Counted from the first letter of the stretch, positions 48,727 through 59,332 are shown. The stretch: DNA of 64,000 nt from Candidatus Obscuribacteraceae bacterium (GCA_044229845.1 JBGASG010000001.1:672001-736000); one strand, 5' to 3'. Translations and numbers: made by a program. Notes: generated from the sequence alone by a model not told the origin.

Positions 48727-48955
48727 GTGACCGCGTCTCCATCAAAAGCCATTTGCCAATGGGAGTGATTATAGTTGATGAGTGAAAACTGCACCCGCGG
48801 AATGGCTCACGAAGCCGAAACGGTTACAAACATCAGATGAAATTCACCGAGAAGGCAGTTGAAGGCGTTCTCTACTATACTTCCCGCAGACTCTCAGGGA
48901 TCCCGGACATTATTCAACCGCACAAAAACACGAAAACGACTCGGAGGTCGAATTC

Positions 48956-49792
48956 ATGCACACGGTCAATCGAGCCTTCTCTGCGACAGTTGCCGTCGCT
49001 GGTCTTTCCCTGATGATGACCTTTGCGATATCACCTTCATGGAGCGCGGAAGTTTCCAACAAGATGCTTGCGGAAGCGACGAAGAGCGAAACACCGACGG
49101 CGGCGGCGAAGTCCAATCCGGCGGTACAAAAGCTCCTCGATAGCGCTTATGCCAAAGATGAAAAAGGGGATTTTGCAGGCGCTGAAGCCGATTGCGACGC
49201 CGCGCTCAAACTCGATCCCAATAATAAAGACGTGCTGACCGAAAGATGCAATGCGCGCTACTACGTGGACAAATTCATGGAGTCCCTCGAAGATGCAGAT
49301 CAGCTTGTGCAGGCTGATCCCAGCTATCAGTGGGCCTATTACATGAAAGGTCGCTGCCGCATGGGACTCAACGATTTCGACAATGCAATCGACGATTTGA
49401 CCAAGTCAATCGAACTGAACAAAAACAAGAAGTGGTCGTATTTTGAACGGGGTTGCTGCTATTACTTCATCGAAAAAGATGATTTAGCGATCAAAGATCT
49501 GAACAAATCGATTCTGATCGATCCGAAGCACTGGGATTCCTACTATTACCGCAGCATCACTTACAAAGACATGAAAAACTATCCGGCCGCTCTCAAAGAC
49601 GCTGAAAAATGCGTCGAATTGGGTCCGGACGCTGCCAGCTCTTATGATGTGCGCGGGGATGCCAAAGCGGGCAACGGAGACAAACCCGGTGCAGTCGCCG
49701 ACTACAAGAAGGCAGCCGAAATCTATACAGCGCACAAGAAAGAAAAGCTCGCTCAAAAAGCGCTGGATAAGGCAGCTAAGCTTGGCTCCTAG
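48956..49792 (+). CDS. Exported TPR protein
   Basis: GGAGG SD, signal peptide, AYYMKG/SYFERG/SYYYRS TPRs. Confidence 0.9.
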   Translation: MHTVNRAFSATVAVAGLSLMMTFAISPSWSAEVSNKMLAEATKSETPTAAAKSNPAVQKLLDSAYAKDEKGDFAGAEADCDAALKLDPNNKDVLTERCNARYYVDKFMESLEDADQLVQADPSYQWAYYMKGRCRMGLNDFDNAIDDLTKSIELNKNKKWSYFERGCCYYFIEKDDLAIKDLNKSILIDPKHWDSYYYRSITYKDMKNYPAALKDAEKCVELGPDAASSYDVRGDAKAGNGDKPGAVADYKKAAEIYTAHKKEKLAQKALDKAAKLGS

Positions 49793-50235
49793 GCTCTAAT
49801 TATTCTGACGATTGCATTCAAGCCGAGGGTGTAGCTCTGCGCGCCCAGTCCGATGATGACACCGGATGCGATATCAGACAGGTACGACTTGTGCCGAAAA
49901 TCTTCGCGTGCAAACGTGTTGGAACAATGCACTTCCACAAACGGTATTGCCACCGCCAGCAGTGCATCACGGATGGCAATCGATGTGTGACCGTAGGCGC
50001 CCGGGTTGATCAAGATGCCGTCGGCCGTGCACTCTTGTATCCAGGTGACCAGCTCACCTTCTATGTTTGACTGTTTGATGTCGACTGCGGCGCCTTCGTT
50101 CTTAGCGATCTGACGTAAATCCTGGTTTACGGTGTCGAAGGTCGTGCTGCCGTAAAGACGCGTTTCTCGCATTCCCAAGAGGTTCAGATTGGGACCATGC
50201 AGAACCAGAATACGCGGCTTAGTTGTGTTCTTCAC
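49789..50235 (-). CDS. aroQ: Type II 3-dehydroquinate dehydratase
   Basis: HGPNLNLLG.RE...YG, QSN.EG, INPGAYGHTSIAIRDAL, EVH.SN..ARE.FRH.SY. Confidence 0.97.
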   Translation of the reverse strand: MKNTTKPRILVLHGPNLNLLGMRETRLYGSTTFDTVNQDLRQIAKNEGAAVDIKQSNIEGELVTWIQECTADGILINPGAYGHTSIAIRDALLAVAIPFVEVHCSNTFAREDFRHKSYLSDIASGVIIGLGAQSYTLGLNAIVRIIRA

Positions 50236-50833
50236 TCATTGCCTCTAACGCGCAATTAGCTTCGATCAAAAACGGATCGTTCTTGGCGAGGAGACCACGT
50301 CCCTGTGCCAGTTTGATCAACTGCTGCAGAAGTTCGCGGGTAGCCATGGTGCCACTGCCCAGTTTCAATTCATCAACGATCAAAAACATGACGGAGCCCA
50401 GCAGAACACGGGCTTCGACGTGTCCGATTTCCTGAGTGGTGGTGATGCCGTTGAAGATTTCCTGATCGATGGAATTTTCGTAGAGCAAGCCATGACACAG
50501 CGTTCCGACGTTGCCTTTCAACGGGCGACTGCGCTCGTCAGGCAAAGTGGCGGCGGCGCGTATCAGATTTAGCTTGTTGCCGGCATCGCCGAGAGATTCG
50601 GCGCTGTCGACCAGGTTACGCACATTGTTTGCCTTGGTGTTGAACTGACGCTTCAGTTCGGTTTCAGCCACGTTGGCGTGCGGTTTGGTTGCCTGGTCGA
50701 ACCGTTTCTCGTAATAATCCTGCACTTGCTGGCGCTTCAATTCAACGCCAAACGGCACCAGCTCCAAAAAGATAGACTCTAGACCTTCAAGTTGAGATTG
50801 CAGAAACATCAACTCTTCTTGGGAAACAGGCAA
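50219..50833 (-). CDS. Hypothetical helical protein between aroK and aroQ
   Basis: TTG start with GGAGAG SD; overlaps the aroQ start. Confidence 0.75.
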   Translation of the reverse strand: MPVSQEELMFLQSQLEGLESIFLELVPFGVELKRQQVQDYYEKRFDQATKPHANVAETELKRQFNTKANNVRNLVDSAESLGDAGNKLNLIRAAATLPDERSRPLKGNVGTLCHGLLYENSIDQEIFNGITTTQEIGHVEARVLLGSVMFLIVDELKLGSGTMATRELLQQLIKLAQGRGLLAKNDPFLIEANCALEAMSEEHN

Positions 50834-50929
50834 TGGACTCTCCTTCTTGAAATCGGGCGCTGGTAAGGGGTTGGGTTTTTCCTACGGCATTTTAGCCGGG
50901 ATTTTTTGGTTGAGGGCTCCATTGCTCTG

Positions 50930-51481
50930 TCAGGAGAGCAAAAGGGCAATCTTGTTTACGACTTCCTGCGCTGAGAGGTCGGACGTGTCAATCTTATACC
51001 TCGCCCGCTCATAAACAGGCGCCCTTTCTTCAAGCAGTTGTTCCAGTCGGCGATAAGTCGGAGATTTATCGGAAGGCGGTGTTTCAGCCCCCTCAAGGGA
51101 TGAAATTGCAAGCAGAGGGCGACTTTCGCCAGTTTCTACCCTACCCTCCAGAACATCCAGGCGGGCTGCCAGATAGACAACAACGCCAAGGGCGAGCAGT
51201 TTGTCCATATTGTTTCCAAAAACCGGCAACCCGCCACCGGTTGAAAGGATATATGGGGATTTGGTCGGTGCATCGCCCAGGAGTGTATCGACCATTTCAG
51301 ACTCCATTTTGCGGAAAGTGCCTTCGCCGTGGCGGGCAAAAATTTCGGCTACTGTCATGCCGGCTGTTTCGGCAATCAGGTCGTCGATGTCGGTGAAAGT
51401 CCAACCCAATTTTTGCGCCAGGAGGGCGCCGCAGGTCGATTTGCCCGAACCGGGTGGACCTATCAGAATGACAGTCTGCAT
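50930..51481 (-). CDS. aroK: Shikimate kinase
   Basis: GPPGSGKST, D.D..I, GEGTFR..E, STGGG, RPLL, R.PVY. Confidence 0.95.
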   Translation of the reverse strand: MQTVILIGPPGSGKSTCGALLAQKLGWTFTDIDDLIAETAGMTVAEIFARHGEGTFRKMESEMVDTLLGDAPTKSPYILSTGGGLPVFGNNMDKLLALGVVVYLAARLDVLEGRVETGESRPLLAISSLEGAETPPSDKSPTYRRLEQLLEERAPVYERARYKIDTSDLSAQEVVNKIALLLS

Positions 51482-51507
51482 GCTTGCGAAGGTCTTTCTA
51501 GGGCGGT

Positions 51508-52878
51508 TTAACCACCGGCCATGCCGACGCGCCGGTACGCCTCTTCTATTTTCACACGACAATCGCTGAGCTGAGGATTGAGGTTCTGAGCCAGCTTGAA
51601 CTCTTTAATGGCGGGCACGTAGCTGCGCATGTTGTAGAAGATCAGCCCCAGTCCGTAATGTGCAGATGCCATGTTGGGGTCAAGCTTGATGGCGCGCTGA
51701 AACTCGACCATTGCATCCGGCGTGTCACCCTGCAAGGAAAGCGAAGTGCCGAGATTGTTATGAGCGCGGGCGTTGTGTGGATCGTGCGCGACCGCATAAC
51801 GGAAAGTCTGAGTGGCTAGATCCAGGCGACCCTGTGCCGAATACAAATTGCCGAGATTGATGGCAGCTTCGGCTGAACGGGGATCGAGGTCGCTGGCGCG
51901 GGCGAAGGCTGCCGCTGCCTGTCCCGGCATTCCGAGCGCTTGATAGGTCAGTCCCAGGTTGTTATGCGTCTGTGCCGACTGTGGATTGAGCCGGGCGGCG
52001 GTTTCCAGCTCGTCAACCGCTTGCACATGGTTGTTGCCCATGGCCATCAACACACCCAGTTGGTGGTGAGCTAGGGCGACTGATTGATCCTGCTCCAGAA
52101 CTCGCCGGTAAGCCATCTCGGCTTCTGCGTAGCGCCTCTGACCCATGTAGCCTTCAGCTGCAGCCAGCGTTCTGGCGGTCTCGTGGGTCATGCGATGGGC
52201 GATTATCGTCCGCTGGGAGGCTGTGCCACCATCGAAAAGAACGCCTTCCTTATTGAGCGCATCCAGTTCAGCCAGCACTTTGTCGTGGGCTCCCCGCAGT
52301 TCGTACACACGAGCCAGGTTACTGTGGGCGGCGGTCAACTCTACATTGAATTGCGATGCTTCTAAAAGTGCAGCAGAAGCCTGTTCGGTCTGTCCCTGTT
52401 TCTTCAGCGTCGCCACACGATTGTTTGCCTGGGCTATCGAATCGCGGGCATTGGTGACCGCCCGGTGGAACGAAGCCACTGCCTGGTCCGTATCACCCAG
52501 ACTGAGGTAGACCAGTCCTAGCTTGTTGTGCAAAGCGGGATCGAAAGGCTTTTGTTTGAGCTGAGCAGTCAGTTTCTTCGCTGCTTGTTCGAGCAACTGC
52601 AGATTTTCCGCTGGGGCGGTCGCGGTCACCGGTGGCAATTGTCCACGTTGCGAACCCGCGGTTCGCGTCGGCGGCGCTTGAGGAGCAACTTGCTTCAGCC
52701 AGTTTTGACCTTGTTGCATCAGGTCGCCGACTGAAGGAATCAGGTTGTTGTTACCGGCAAAAAATCCAAATGGCAGGACAGGTACAGCTACAGCGGTTAT
52801 CACACCGGCAAATATGATCAAAAACCGGGATGCAGGCATCCGTCGTGGCGTCAGTGCGCTAACGTTTGATCGGGTCAT
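51508..52878 (-). CDS. Membrane-anchored TPR protein
   Basis: N-terminal TM and about 8 TPRs (AHSNLA, THNNLG, AHNNLG, AHYGLG). Confidence 0.9.
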   Translation of the reverse strand: MTRSNVSALTPRRMPASRFLIIFAGVITAVAVPVLPFGFFAGNNNLIPSVGDLMQQGQNWLKQVAPQAPPTRTAGSQRGQLPPVTATAPAENLQLLEQAAKKLTAQLKQKPFDPALHNKLGLVYLSLGDTDQAVASFHRAVTNARDSIAQANNRVATLKKQGQTEQASAALLEASQFNVELTAAHSNLARVYELRGAHDKVLAELDALNKEGVLFDGGTASQRTIIAHRMTHETARTLAAAEGYMGQRRYAEAEMAYRRVLEQDQSVALAHHQLGVLMAMGNNHVQAVDELETAARLNPQSAQTHNNLGLTYQALGMPGQAAAAFARASDLDPRSAEAAINLGNLYSAQGRLDLATQTFRYAVAHDPHNARAHNNLGTSLSLQGDTPDAMVEFQRAIKLDPNMASAHYGLGLIFYNMRSYVPAIKEFKLAQNLNPQLSDCRVKIEEAYRRVGMAGG

Positions 52879-53055
52879 CGAGCTGTGTAGATCCGCCTAA
52901 TGTAGAACAGAAGACTAAGGTGGAAGTCAGGAGTCGTCAATACGTAGAATCCACGTGAGGCCGCATTTTGGGGACAATTCGCAACAATGGCGTGATGACA
53001 ATCCGCAACAAATTTTTTGGAGTTAACATCTAGATAGGAATCCCGAGGTATCCCC

Positions 53056-53481
53056 ATGCCAGCAGCAGTCTCTACTCAAGAAAAAATCCGCCAGTTTCTG
53101 GCGGCGCCATCATATGCGGTCGTAGGCGCCAGCAACAATCCGCGTAAATGGAGTCACCGGTGCTACTCCTGCTACAAAGAGAAGAACCTGAAGACTTACG
53201 CAGTCAATCCGAATGAGACGACAGTGCTCGGTGATCCTACATATCCGGATCTGTTGTCGTTACCTGAAAAAGTAGAAGCGGTTTCGATTATCACACCACC
53301 GCCGGTGACTGAGAAAGTAATCGATGATGCCATTGCCAGTGGTGTCAAATTTGTGTGGATGCAACCGGGTGCCGAGAGCTTTGCAGCCGTACAAAAAGCT
53401 GAGGCAGCGGGGCTGACCGTCATCCACGGCGGCGCCTGCGTTCTTGTCGAACTAGGCTGGAGCGGCTTCGGTCTCGACTGA
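53056..53481 (+). CDS. CoA-binding protein (YccU family)
   Basis: AVVGAS.NP.K, VNP, YPDL.SLP, VWMQPGA, C..VE. Confidence 0.92.
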   Translation: MPAAVSTQEKIRQFLAAPSYAVVGASNNPRKWSHRCYSCYKEKNLKTYAVNPNETTVLGDPTYPDLLSLPEKVEAVSIITPPPVTEKVIDDAIASGVKFVWMQPGAESFAAVQKAEAAGLTVIHGGACVLVELGWSGFGLD

Positions 53482-53483
53482 GT

Positions 53484-54581
53484 TTACTTAGCCTTGAAGT
53501 ATAAGATGATCAAACCGACGGTGCCGATGGCGGCGTTTGGCAGCCAGGCGGCGACAATCGGCATCAGGCGTCCCGAGTCTCCCAGTGCGCCGGCGGTCGA
53601 TTGCAATACGTAATAGGCGAACACGATGACAGCCGAATAGATCAAACCGATGCTGCTTCGCGAACGTCTGGCCAGCAAGCCCAGTGGAGCTCCGGCTAGG
53701 GCGACGATCAAACAAGCAAGTGGTTGCGAGAACTTCTGGTAGAAACGCACTTCCAGGTCGCGCGTCACGGCGTTGCCTTTCTGCAGCAACTGAATGTAGT
53801 TGCCGAGCTCCGTGATGTTCATGTCTTTGGGCGCGATCTTCTGCGAGTCGAGCGCCTGCTGTGCGTTCTTGATACCGGGAATAACAAGGTTGTCGAACTG
53901 CAGAATTCGGGTGATATCGCTATCGCCTGATAAGACGTACGTTCGCCCTTTCTCCAGTACCCATTGACCGCGCGTCCAGGCACCACTGGCGGCACTAATG
54001 ATTTGCGTCAGTTTGTCGCGGGTGAAGTCTAGGATCAATATGTTGTACAGCTTCTGCCCGTTGTAATAGCCGATGTAGAAGACGCGGTTGAGTTTTAAGT
54101 CTTTGCCTCGTTCCATATAAGTAAAGTTGGCCTGACCGGCAGGTAACTCTGTTTTGAACAGAGCCACGAATTCCAGTTTCTTGGAAGTGCGGTTGGCGAC
54201 CGGCACCACATATTCGTTGATGCCGAACGAAACTGCGGACGTGATGATGCCGAACAAGAGCGGCGCCATCATGATGCGGTAAAAACTGATGCCGCTGGTG
54301 CGCAACGCGATGATTTCGGAATCGCCGGACAATCTATTGAATACCAGCAAGGTACCGAGTAGCACCCCGATTGGAATCGTCATGACGATCACTTCGGGCA
54401 GGTGCAATCCCAGAATGGTGAACGCCAGATGCGGCGGCACGCCGGCTTGCATGATCAGTTTGAAGATCGTCTTCAGCTGGTCGGCACCGAAGTAGACGCC
54501 GGTGACGATACCGATACCGAATAACAATGGCTGCCAGAACTCGTTAGCGATGTAACTGTCCAGCATCTTGATGCCGATCAT
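53484..54581 (-). CDS. LptF/LptG-family LPS export permease
   Basis: LD.YI, RLSGDSEIIALRTSGIS..R, K.S.PLAC, AAWLPN. Confidence 0.93.
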   Translation of the reverse strand: MIGIKMLDSYIANEFWQPLLFGIGIVTGVYFGADQLKTIFKLIMQAGVPPHLAFTILGLHLPEVIVMTIPIGVLLGTLLVFNRLSGDSEIIALRTSGISFYRIMMAPLLFGIITSAVSFGINEYVVPVANRTSKKLEFVALFKTELPAGQANFTYMERGKDLKLNRVFYIGYYNGQKLYNILILDFTRDKLTQIISAASGAWTRGQWVLEKGRTYVLSGDSDITRILQFDNLVIPGIKNAQQALDSQKIAPKDMNITELGNYIQLLQKGNAVTRDLEVRFYQKFSQPLACLIVALAGAPLGLLARRSRSSIGLIYSAVIVFAYYVLQSTAGALGDSGRLMPIVAAWLPNAAIGTVGLIILYFKAK

Positions 54582-55297
54582 AACGAGAAATCCTCACCGA
54601 GGTATTGCTTGCGCGCCACCGGATCGTTCGCCACTTCGTAGGACGAGCCGGCGACCAGAATTTTGCCCTGGTCGATGAGATAAGCGCGGTCAGTGATCTT
54701 AAGAGTTGCTCTGGGGTTGTGGTCTGTGAGCAAAACGCCCAGATTGAATTCGTTGCGCAGACGGCGAATCAAAACTTGAATGTCTGCGATAGAAATCGGG
54801 TCGATCCCGGTAAACGGTTCATCCAACAAGATAAAACGCGGATCGCTGGCCAGGCAGCGGGCGATTTCCAGACGGCGACGTTCACCGCCGGAGAGCTGCA
54901 CTGCCATGATGTGTTCGAGGTGATCCAGCCCGAACTGGCCGAGCAGTTCCATGGCGCGAGCTCTTTGTTTCGAACGGGAAAAGCCGCGCAACTCGAGAAT
55001 CATGCGCAGGTTGTCGTAGACCGACAGTTTACGAAACACCGAGGCTTCTTGCGGCAGATAGCTGAGACCTCTGCGGCAGCGAATGTGAATCGCTTCCTTC
55101 GAAATTTCTTTGCCATCCAGAGTGATGCGTCCCTTTTCCGGTTTCACCAGTCCCAGCACCATGTCGAACGACGTGGTTTTGCCGGCGCCGTTTCTGCCCA
55201 GAAGACCGACGACTTCGCCGGCTTTGACATCGAAGCTGACGCCGTCGACCACACGTCGCCCGCCGTAGCTTTTCTGTAATCGGTCGACAACGATCAT
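54578..55297 (-). CDS. lptB: LPS export ABC ATP-binding protein
   Basis: GRNGAGKTT, YLPQEASVFRKL, LSGGERRRLEIAR, LLDEPF.GIDP, TDHN, YLGEDF.L. Confidence 0.97.
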   Translation of the reverse strand: MIVVDRLQKSYGGRRVVDGVSFDVKAGEVVGLLGRNGAGKTTSFDMVLGLVKPEKGRITLDGKEISKEAIHIRCRRGLSYLPQEASVFRKLSVYDNLRMILELRGFSRSKQRARAMELLGQFGLDHLEHIMAVQLSGGERRRLEIARCLASDPRFILLDEPFTGIDPISIADIQVLIRRLRNEFNLGVLLTDHNPRATLKITDRAYLIDQGKILVAGSSYEVANDPVARKQYLGEDFSL

Positions 55298-55327
55298 AAT
55301 CGCGCCTCTGAAGGAATCCGAACTGAA

Positions 55328-56569
55328 CTAGAGTTTCTTCACGCGCTGGTCGTCAGCCATGCGTGTGTTGTTTGAGAACGGCACCACCGGCGTTGTCGCC
55401 GGTGCCGATTTAGTTGGAGTTTGCAGAATGAATGCTTTGGTATTGCCGGTGGCGACTACCTTATGTTCGGCAACAACAAAAGTGATGGCGTCGGCAATCC
55501 AGCGTCGTCCGGTCTGCGAAATTTGAGAACGTCCAATGAAGTAGACCTTCTCGGCTTTGCCTTCCATGTTGCGGATCAGAATGACTTTTGGTCCGGCTCC
55601 AATAGTGTCCTGGTAATACACCTTCACCGAGCCGGTAGCAGTCATCTTGCCCGTATCTTTGGAGTAATCCTGGGCATCGGACGTGATGATAATCGTTTCG
55701 TCCTGGTCCTGTTTGTTGCTCGAAGCTGCACCGGATGTGGTGGCAGGGACCGCTGCCGATGCGGAGACTGGTTTAGCCATAGCGATCGGCAAACCGCCCG
55801 TATCGAGGAAGGACATTTTCTTCGGTTGGCCTTTCTCGTCTTTCTTCTCCTGGATGACTTTCGACTTGACGTTGCCCGTCGCTTGCAGGCGTTGTGTCGA
55901 GAGGAAGTAAGTCATCGTATCGGCTGACGTGGTGTTTCTTCCTTGCTGCGCTGCGACGTGACCGGTGAACACAGCGGTCTCGGGTTTCTGGTCGGCACCG
56001 TACACCAGCTGCAGGCGGTCTGAGTTGACTTTGATGTCGCCGTGATTGACGCGCACGTGACCGACGGCTTCGAACTTGCCGCCCAGCTTGTCGTATTCCT
56101 GGCGATCCGAGTCAGTAATGATTTTGCTCGGTGCTTTCGGCTTCGATTCGCCGCCGTCACCACCCGCGGTATCATCACCTTTGGAAATTACTTCCGAGTG
56201 CGCATTGCCTTCGGCAATTACTTTCGAGCCGGCAATGTCGAAGGTGAGCACGGCGGCGTCGATGTTGTTGGTGCCCTGGGTGAGATGCGGATGTCCGGTG
56301 AACACCGCGCGTTGCGGGTTGCCGCCCGGGTCGCGGCTGAGCACAGCCATGGGACCGGTGATGACGCTGTCTTTGTAGAGCACGCGCACGTTGCCTTTGG
56401 CAATTACGGAATCACCGGCGAACTCTTGTTCGTCCGCGTGAATATCGATCGGTCCACTTGGTGCGCTGTTGTCGAATTGAGCTTGAGCCGAACGCAGTCC
56501 GATGGTGGCAAGGGCGACTGCGCAGAGCGCGACGGTGGTCCAATTTCGTTGAAGATGGGAGATTCTCAT
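55328..56569 (-). CDS. lptA: LptA/OstA-family protein with tandem beta-jellyroll repeats
   Basis: Signal peptide; three similar units (IHADEQEF..AKGNVRV, TDSDRQEY..AVGHVRV, ITSDAQDY..ATGSVKV); lies between lptC and lptB. Confidence 0.8.
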   Translation of the reverse strand: MRISHLQRNWTTVALCAVALATIGLRSAQAQFDNSAPSGPIDIHADEQEFAGDSVIAKGNVRVLYKDSVITGPMAVLSRDPGGNPQRAVFTGHPHLTQGTNNIDAAVLTFDIAGSKVIAEGNAHSEVISKGDDTAGGDGGESKPKAPSKIITDSDRQEYDKLGGKFEAVGHVRVNHGDIKVNSDRLQLVYGADQKPETAVFTGHVAAQQGRNTTSADTMTYFLSTQRLQATGNVKSKVIQEKKDEKGQPKKMSFLDTGGLPIAMAKPVSASAAVPATTSGAASSNKQDQDETIIITSDAQDYSKDTGKMTATGSVKVYYQDTIGAGPKVILIRNMEGKAEKVYFIGRSQISQTGRRWIADAITFVVAEHKVVATGNTKAFILQTPTKSAPATTPVVPFSNNTRMADDQRVKKL

Positions 56570-56588
56570 AAATTCCGATTGCTCGTTT

Positions 56589-57197
56589 CTATTGCACGGT
56601 GATTACTGCGTGTGTGTTGCCGACGATTTTGAAATTCTTCGGTCCGCCGCCGCTCAAATCGACCTTTCCGGAGGCTGAATCTCCTGTAACCTTCGCCACT
56701 CCGGGATATTCGATGATAACACCCCCCGTAGCCAAGAACTGGTTGTTTCTATTTAATTCCACTTGTTTAGCCTGGAAACGGTTCTTGCCGCCGTCGCCTT
56801 CAGCAAGCACCAGATCCTTATCTTTCGACAGCATCTTGACATTGCGAGTGGTCTCGTCGGCTTCGCCGCGAGGGGCATGAATGCGCGCTTTCAGCGTCTT
56901 GCCGTCGAAGTACGATACGGTGACGTCATCGAGTTCGACAAACTTTGTTTCAGGATTCAGCTTGCCTTTTTTCGAGATTAACGCCCAGCGCGTCTGGTTG
57001 GTACCATCGACTTCCTTGAGCGTGTAATCCTTCACCTCAAGCGCCGTCGCAGTCGGATGTTCCTTTTGTTCTTTTTTGTATTCTTCGACTTCGATTTTCG
57101 CTGCTTGTTGCGAATAGACGAAAAACCAGGCGATTAAACCTGGAATAGCCAGGGCAATGCCGACTTTTACGAGGCTGCGGACAGATGGAAGTTGCAC
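56589..57197 (-). CDS. lptC: LPS export protein LptC-like
   Basis: Single N-terminal TM, beta-rich domain (G...W.L), operon position. Confidence 0.75.
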   Translation of the reverse strand: MQLPSVRSLVKVGIALAIPGLIAWFFVYSQQAAKIEVEEYKKEQKEHPTATALEVKDYTLKEVDGTNQTRWALISKKGKLNPETKFVELDDVTVSYFDGKTLKARIHAPRGEADETTRNVKMLSKDKDLVLAEGDGGKNRFQAKQVELNRNNQFLATGGVIIEYPGVAKVTGDSASGKVDLSGGGPKNFKIVGNTHAVITVQ

Positions 57198-57234
57198 GGA
57201 CCTGGTGGCTCCTTCTAGAGATCCTTTTTGAAAG

Positions 57235-58467
57235 CTAGTTGCCTAGCGCGCGCAGAGCGACTGCTTTGGAAACGTGATTCAGCGATTCCTTCAGGTTACC
57301 CTGTTTCAGGTAACCTTCGCCCAGGAAGAAATAGGCTGCCGGATTATTAGGATATTCTTTCTTGCAACGAGTCCAGGTGTTCATTGCTTCGGTGAGGTCG
57401 CCTGTGTACTCGGCTTTCAGATGCGCCCGATAAACGATCGCCCACACATCGTGCGGTTTGTTGGCCAGCATTTCGTCGAGTTTCTGCAAAGCCATCTCAT
57501 AGTATTTCTTGACTTCCGAAACATCCTGGGGCTCGCATTGTTCCATGGGTGTAGGAATACGCAGCTTGTCAGTAGACATTGATCCGTTGGTCAGACCGGC
57601 GACTGCGCCCAGCAGTTTTCCCAGTCCAGAGGTGTCGCCACCGATATTGAGTGGTACCGCAACTGGTGCGGCAGGCGCAGTTTGTGCGGCAGCCACTGCC
57701 GGGGCCGGTGTCGTCGCTGGTGCCGGTGCATTGGTCACCGCCGCCGGTGCCGGTGTCTGGGCTTGCGCCTGGGCGGCTTGCGCGGCGGCTATTTTGGCGG
57801 CCAGTTCTGGATTGGCGCGTTTCCAAATAGCACTGCGCTTGGAATACTTAGCAATCGCGTAAGCCTTCATGTAATAGGCCCACGCCAGGTGATAGCGAAC
57901 GCGGTCTTCGTTCGGGAAGTTCTTGAGCATGGCCTCGTAGGTTTCGATCATTTTGTCGAAATAAGCGGGACCGCCCTTGCCTTCAGCCAGTTTGCGGGCG
58001 CGGCGCACTTCTTTCAGTGCATCTTCGACGCGGCTGGTGCGGGTCAAATTGACTGCATAGATAAAGGATGCTTCCGGGCTGTCGGGATAGGCTTGCACCT
58101 GTTTGGTGGCAATATTGATATCGTCTGTGGGTTGAATGTCCTCTACATCGGTATCGGTGGAGAGGGTCTGACCGGGCTTCCACATCACTTTGCCGCCCAC
58201 GTTCGGGGTGACGGCGTCGTCATCGTCGGATGCGGCGGACAGCGCCTTCAACGCGCTGGCGGGTGAGGCGGACGGTGCATCTGGTGCGCTCTGGGTGGCG
58301 GTCGTCGTCGCCGGTGTCGCCGTCGTAGCGGACGCAGCGGTAGCTGTGGCAGCCGGGTCGGCGGCGGGAGCCGCGAGCTGGCACTGCGCGACGAATGAGA
58401 CTGCCAGCATCAAGCTGAAGCTGCGGGCTGTGACAAACCGACTGATTGCGGCTGAAGGCGTGGTCAT
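57235..58467 (-). CDS. Exported TPR-like protein with Ala/Thr/Pro-rich linkers
   Basis: Signal-like N-terminus; YPNNPAAYFFLGEGY. Confidence 0.8.
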   Translation of the reverse strand: MTTPSAAISRFVTARSFSLMLAVSFVAQCQLAAPAADPAATATAASATTATPATTTATQSAPDAPSASPASALKALSAASDDDDAVTPNVGGKVMWKPGQTLSTDTDVEDIQPTDDINIATKQVQAYPDSPEASFIYAVNLTRTSRVEDALKEVRRARKLAEGKGGPAYFDKMIETYEAMLKNFPNEDRVRYHLAWAYYMKAYAIAKYSKRSAIWKRANPELAAKIAAAQAAQAQAQTPAPAAVTNAPAPATTPAPAVAAAQTAPAAPVAVPLNIGGDTSGLGKLLGAVAGLTNGSMSTDKLRIPTPMEQCEPQDVSEVKKYYEMALQKLDEMLANKPHDVWAIVYRAHLKAEYTGDLTEAMNTWTRCKKEYPNNPAAYFFLGEGYLKQGNLKESLNHVSKAVALRALGN

Positions 58468-58671
58468 GGGTAATTCCTTCCTGTGGCGAAGCATGCAAGG
58501 GACAGGTTGAGACGCTCAAAACGCTCACTGCGACTGCATCCACGCAGGTTGCAATTATGTGGGTCTGATCATAGCAGACGACCACTTTCGCTCTTGTGTT
58601 GCCGCGATCAGGAAGTCAATGTATGAGAAAACTCTCTTGCAGGTTAATTCTTGCTTGGCAACGCGAAAATC

Positions 58672-59331
58672 CTAACTGGCCCTGCCATTCAAGATTAATG
58701 GGGTAACTTCATCGAGGCTGCTCACAATGTGACGAGGTTGCGATTTTTCAAGCAACTCGCGCGTGTGAATGCCGGTAGTCACTCCAATCGCATCGGCGCC
58801 CGCGTTGCGAGCCATGTCGAGGTCGAACGACGAGTCACCAATGACGACAGTCTGTGCAATCGGGATATTGAGGTCTTTTACCGTGCGCAAAACCGACTCC
58901 GGGTGCGGCTTGTGGTGTTCGACATCCTGAGCACCGACCACCATTTTGAAATACTGCGAGAGGTTGTGGTGCTCGAGCACCGTGTCGATCAAGTTGCGGC
59001 GCTTCGAAGACGCTATGGACATGAAGACATCGCGCTCATGCAGCCGCTCGAGCATGTCGCGAAGTCCCGGAAACAATGGGCAGATCTCGATGGTTTTGGT
59101 GTCGTAGATAGCGCGATAGCGGTTGGCCAGCTCGGCATGAAACTCCGGTGTCTTCTCGGGAAAGAGGATCTCGGCTTGTCTCAAGAGCGGAACCCCAATC
59201 AGAAGACTCCACTGCTGCAAGAGTTCGTCGCCCAGGTTGTATTCGATGACGACGTCGCGCATGACGTCTACGATTCCGGGCGCGGAATCGACGAGCGTCC
59301 CATCGAAGTCGAAGATCGCTAGTTTGTACAA
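58672..59331 (-). CDS. HAD-superfamily phosphatase (Gph/PpaX-like)
   Basis: FDFDGTLVDS, KPHP, IGDS..D...ARNAG. Confidence 0.94.
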   Translation of the reverse strand: MYKLAIFDFDGTLVDSAPGIVDVMRDVVIEYNLGDELLQQWSLLIGVPLLRQAEILFPEKTPEFHAELANRYRAIYDTKTIEICPLFPGLRDMLERLHERDVFMSIASSKRRNLIDTVLEHHNLSQYFKMVVGAQDVEHHKPHPESVLRTVKDLNIPIAQTVVIGDSSFDLDMARNAGADAIGVTTGIHTRELLEKSQPRHIVSSLDEVTPLILNGRAS

Positions 59332-59332
59332 A

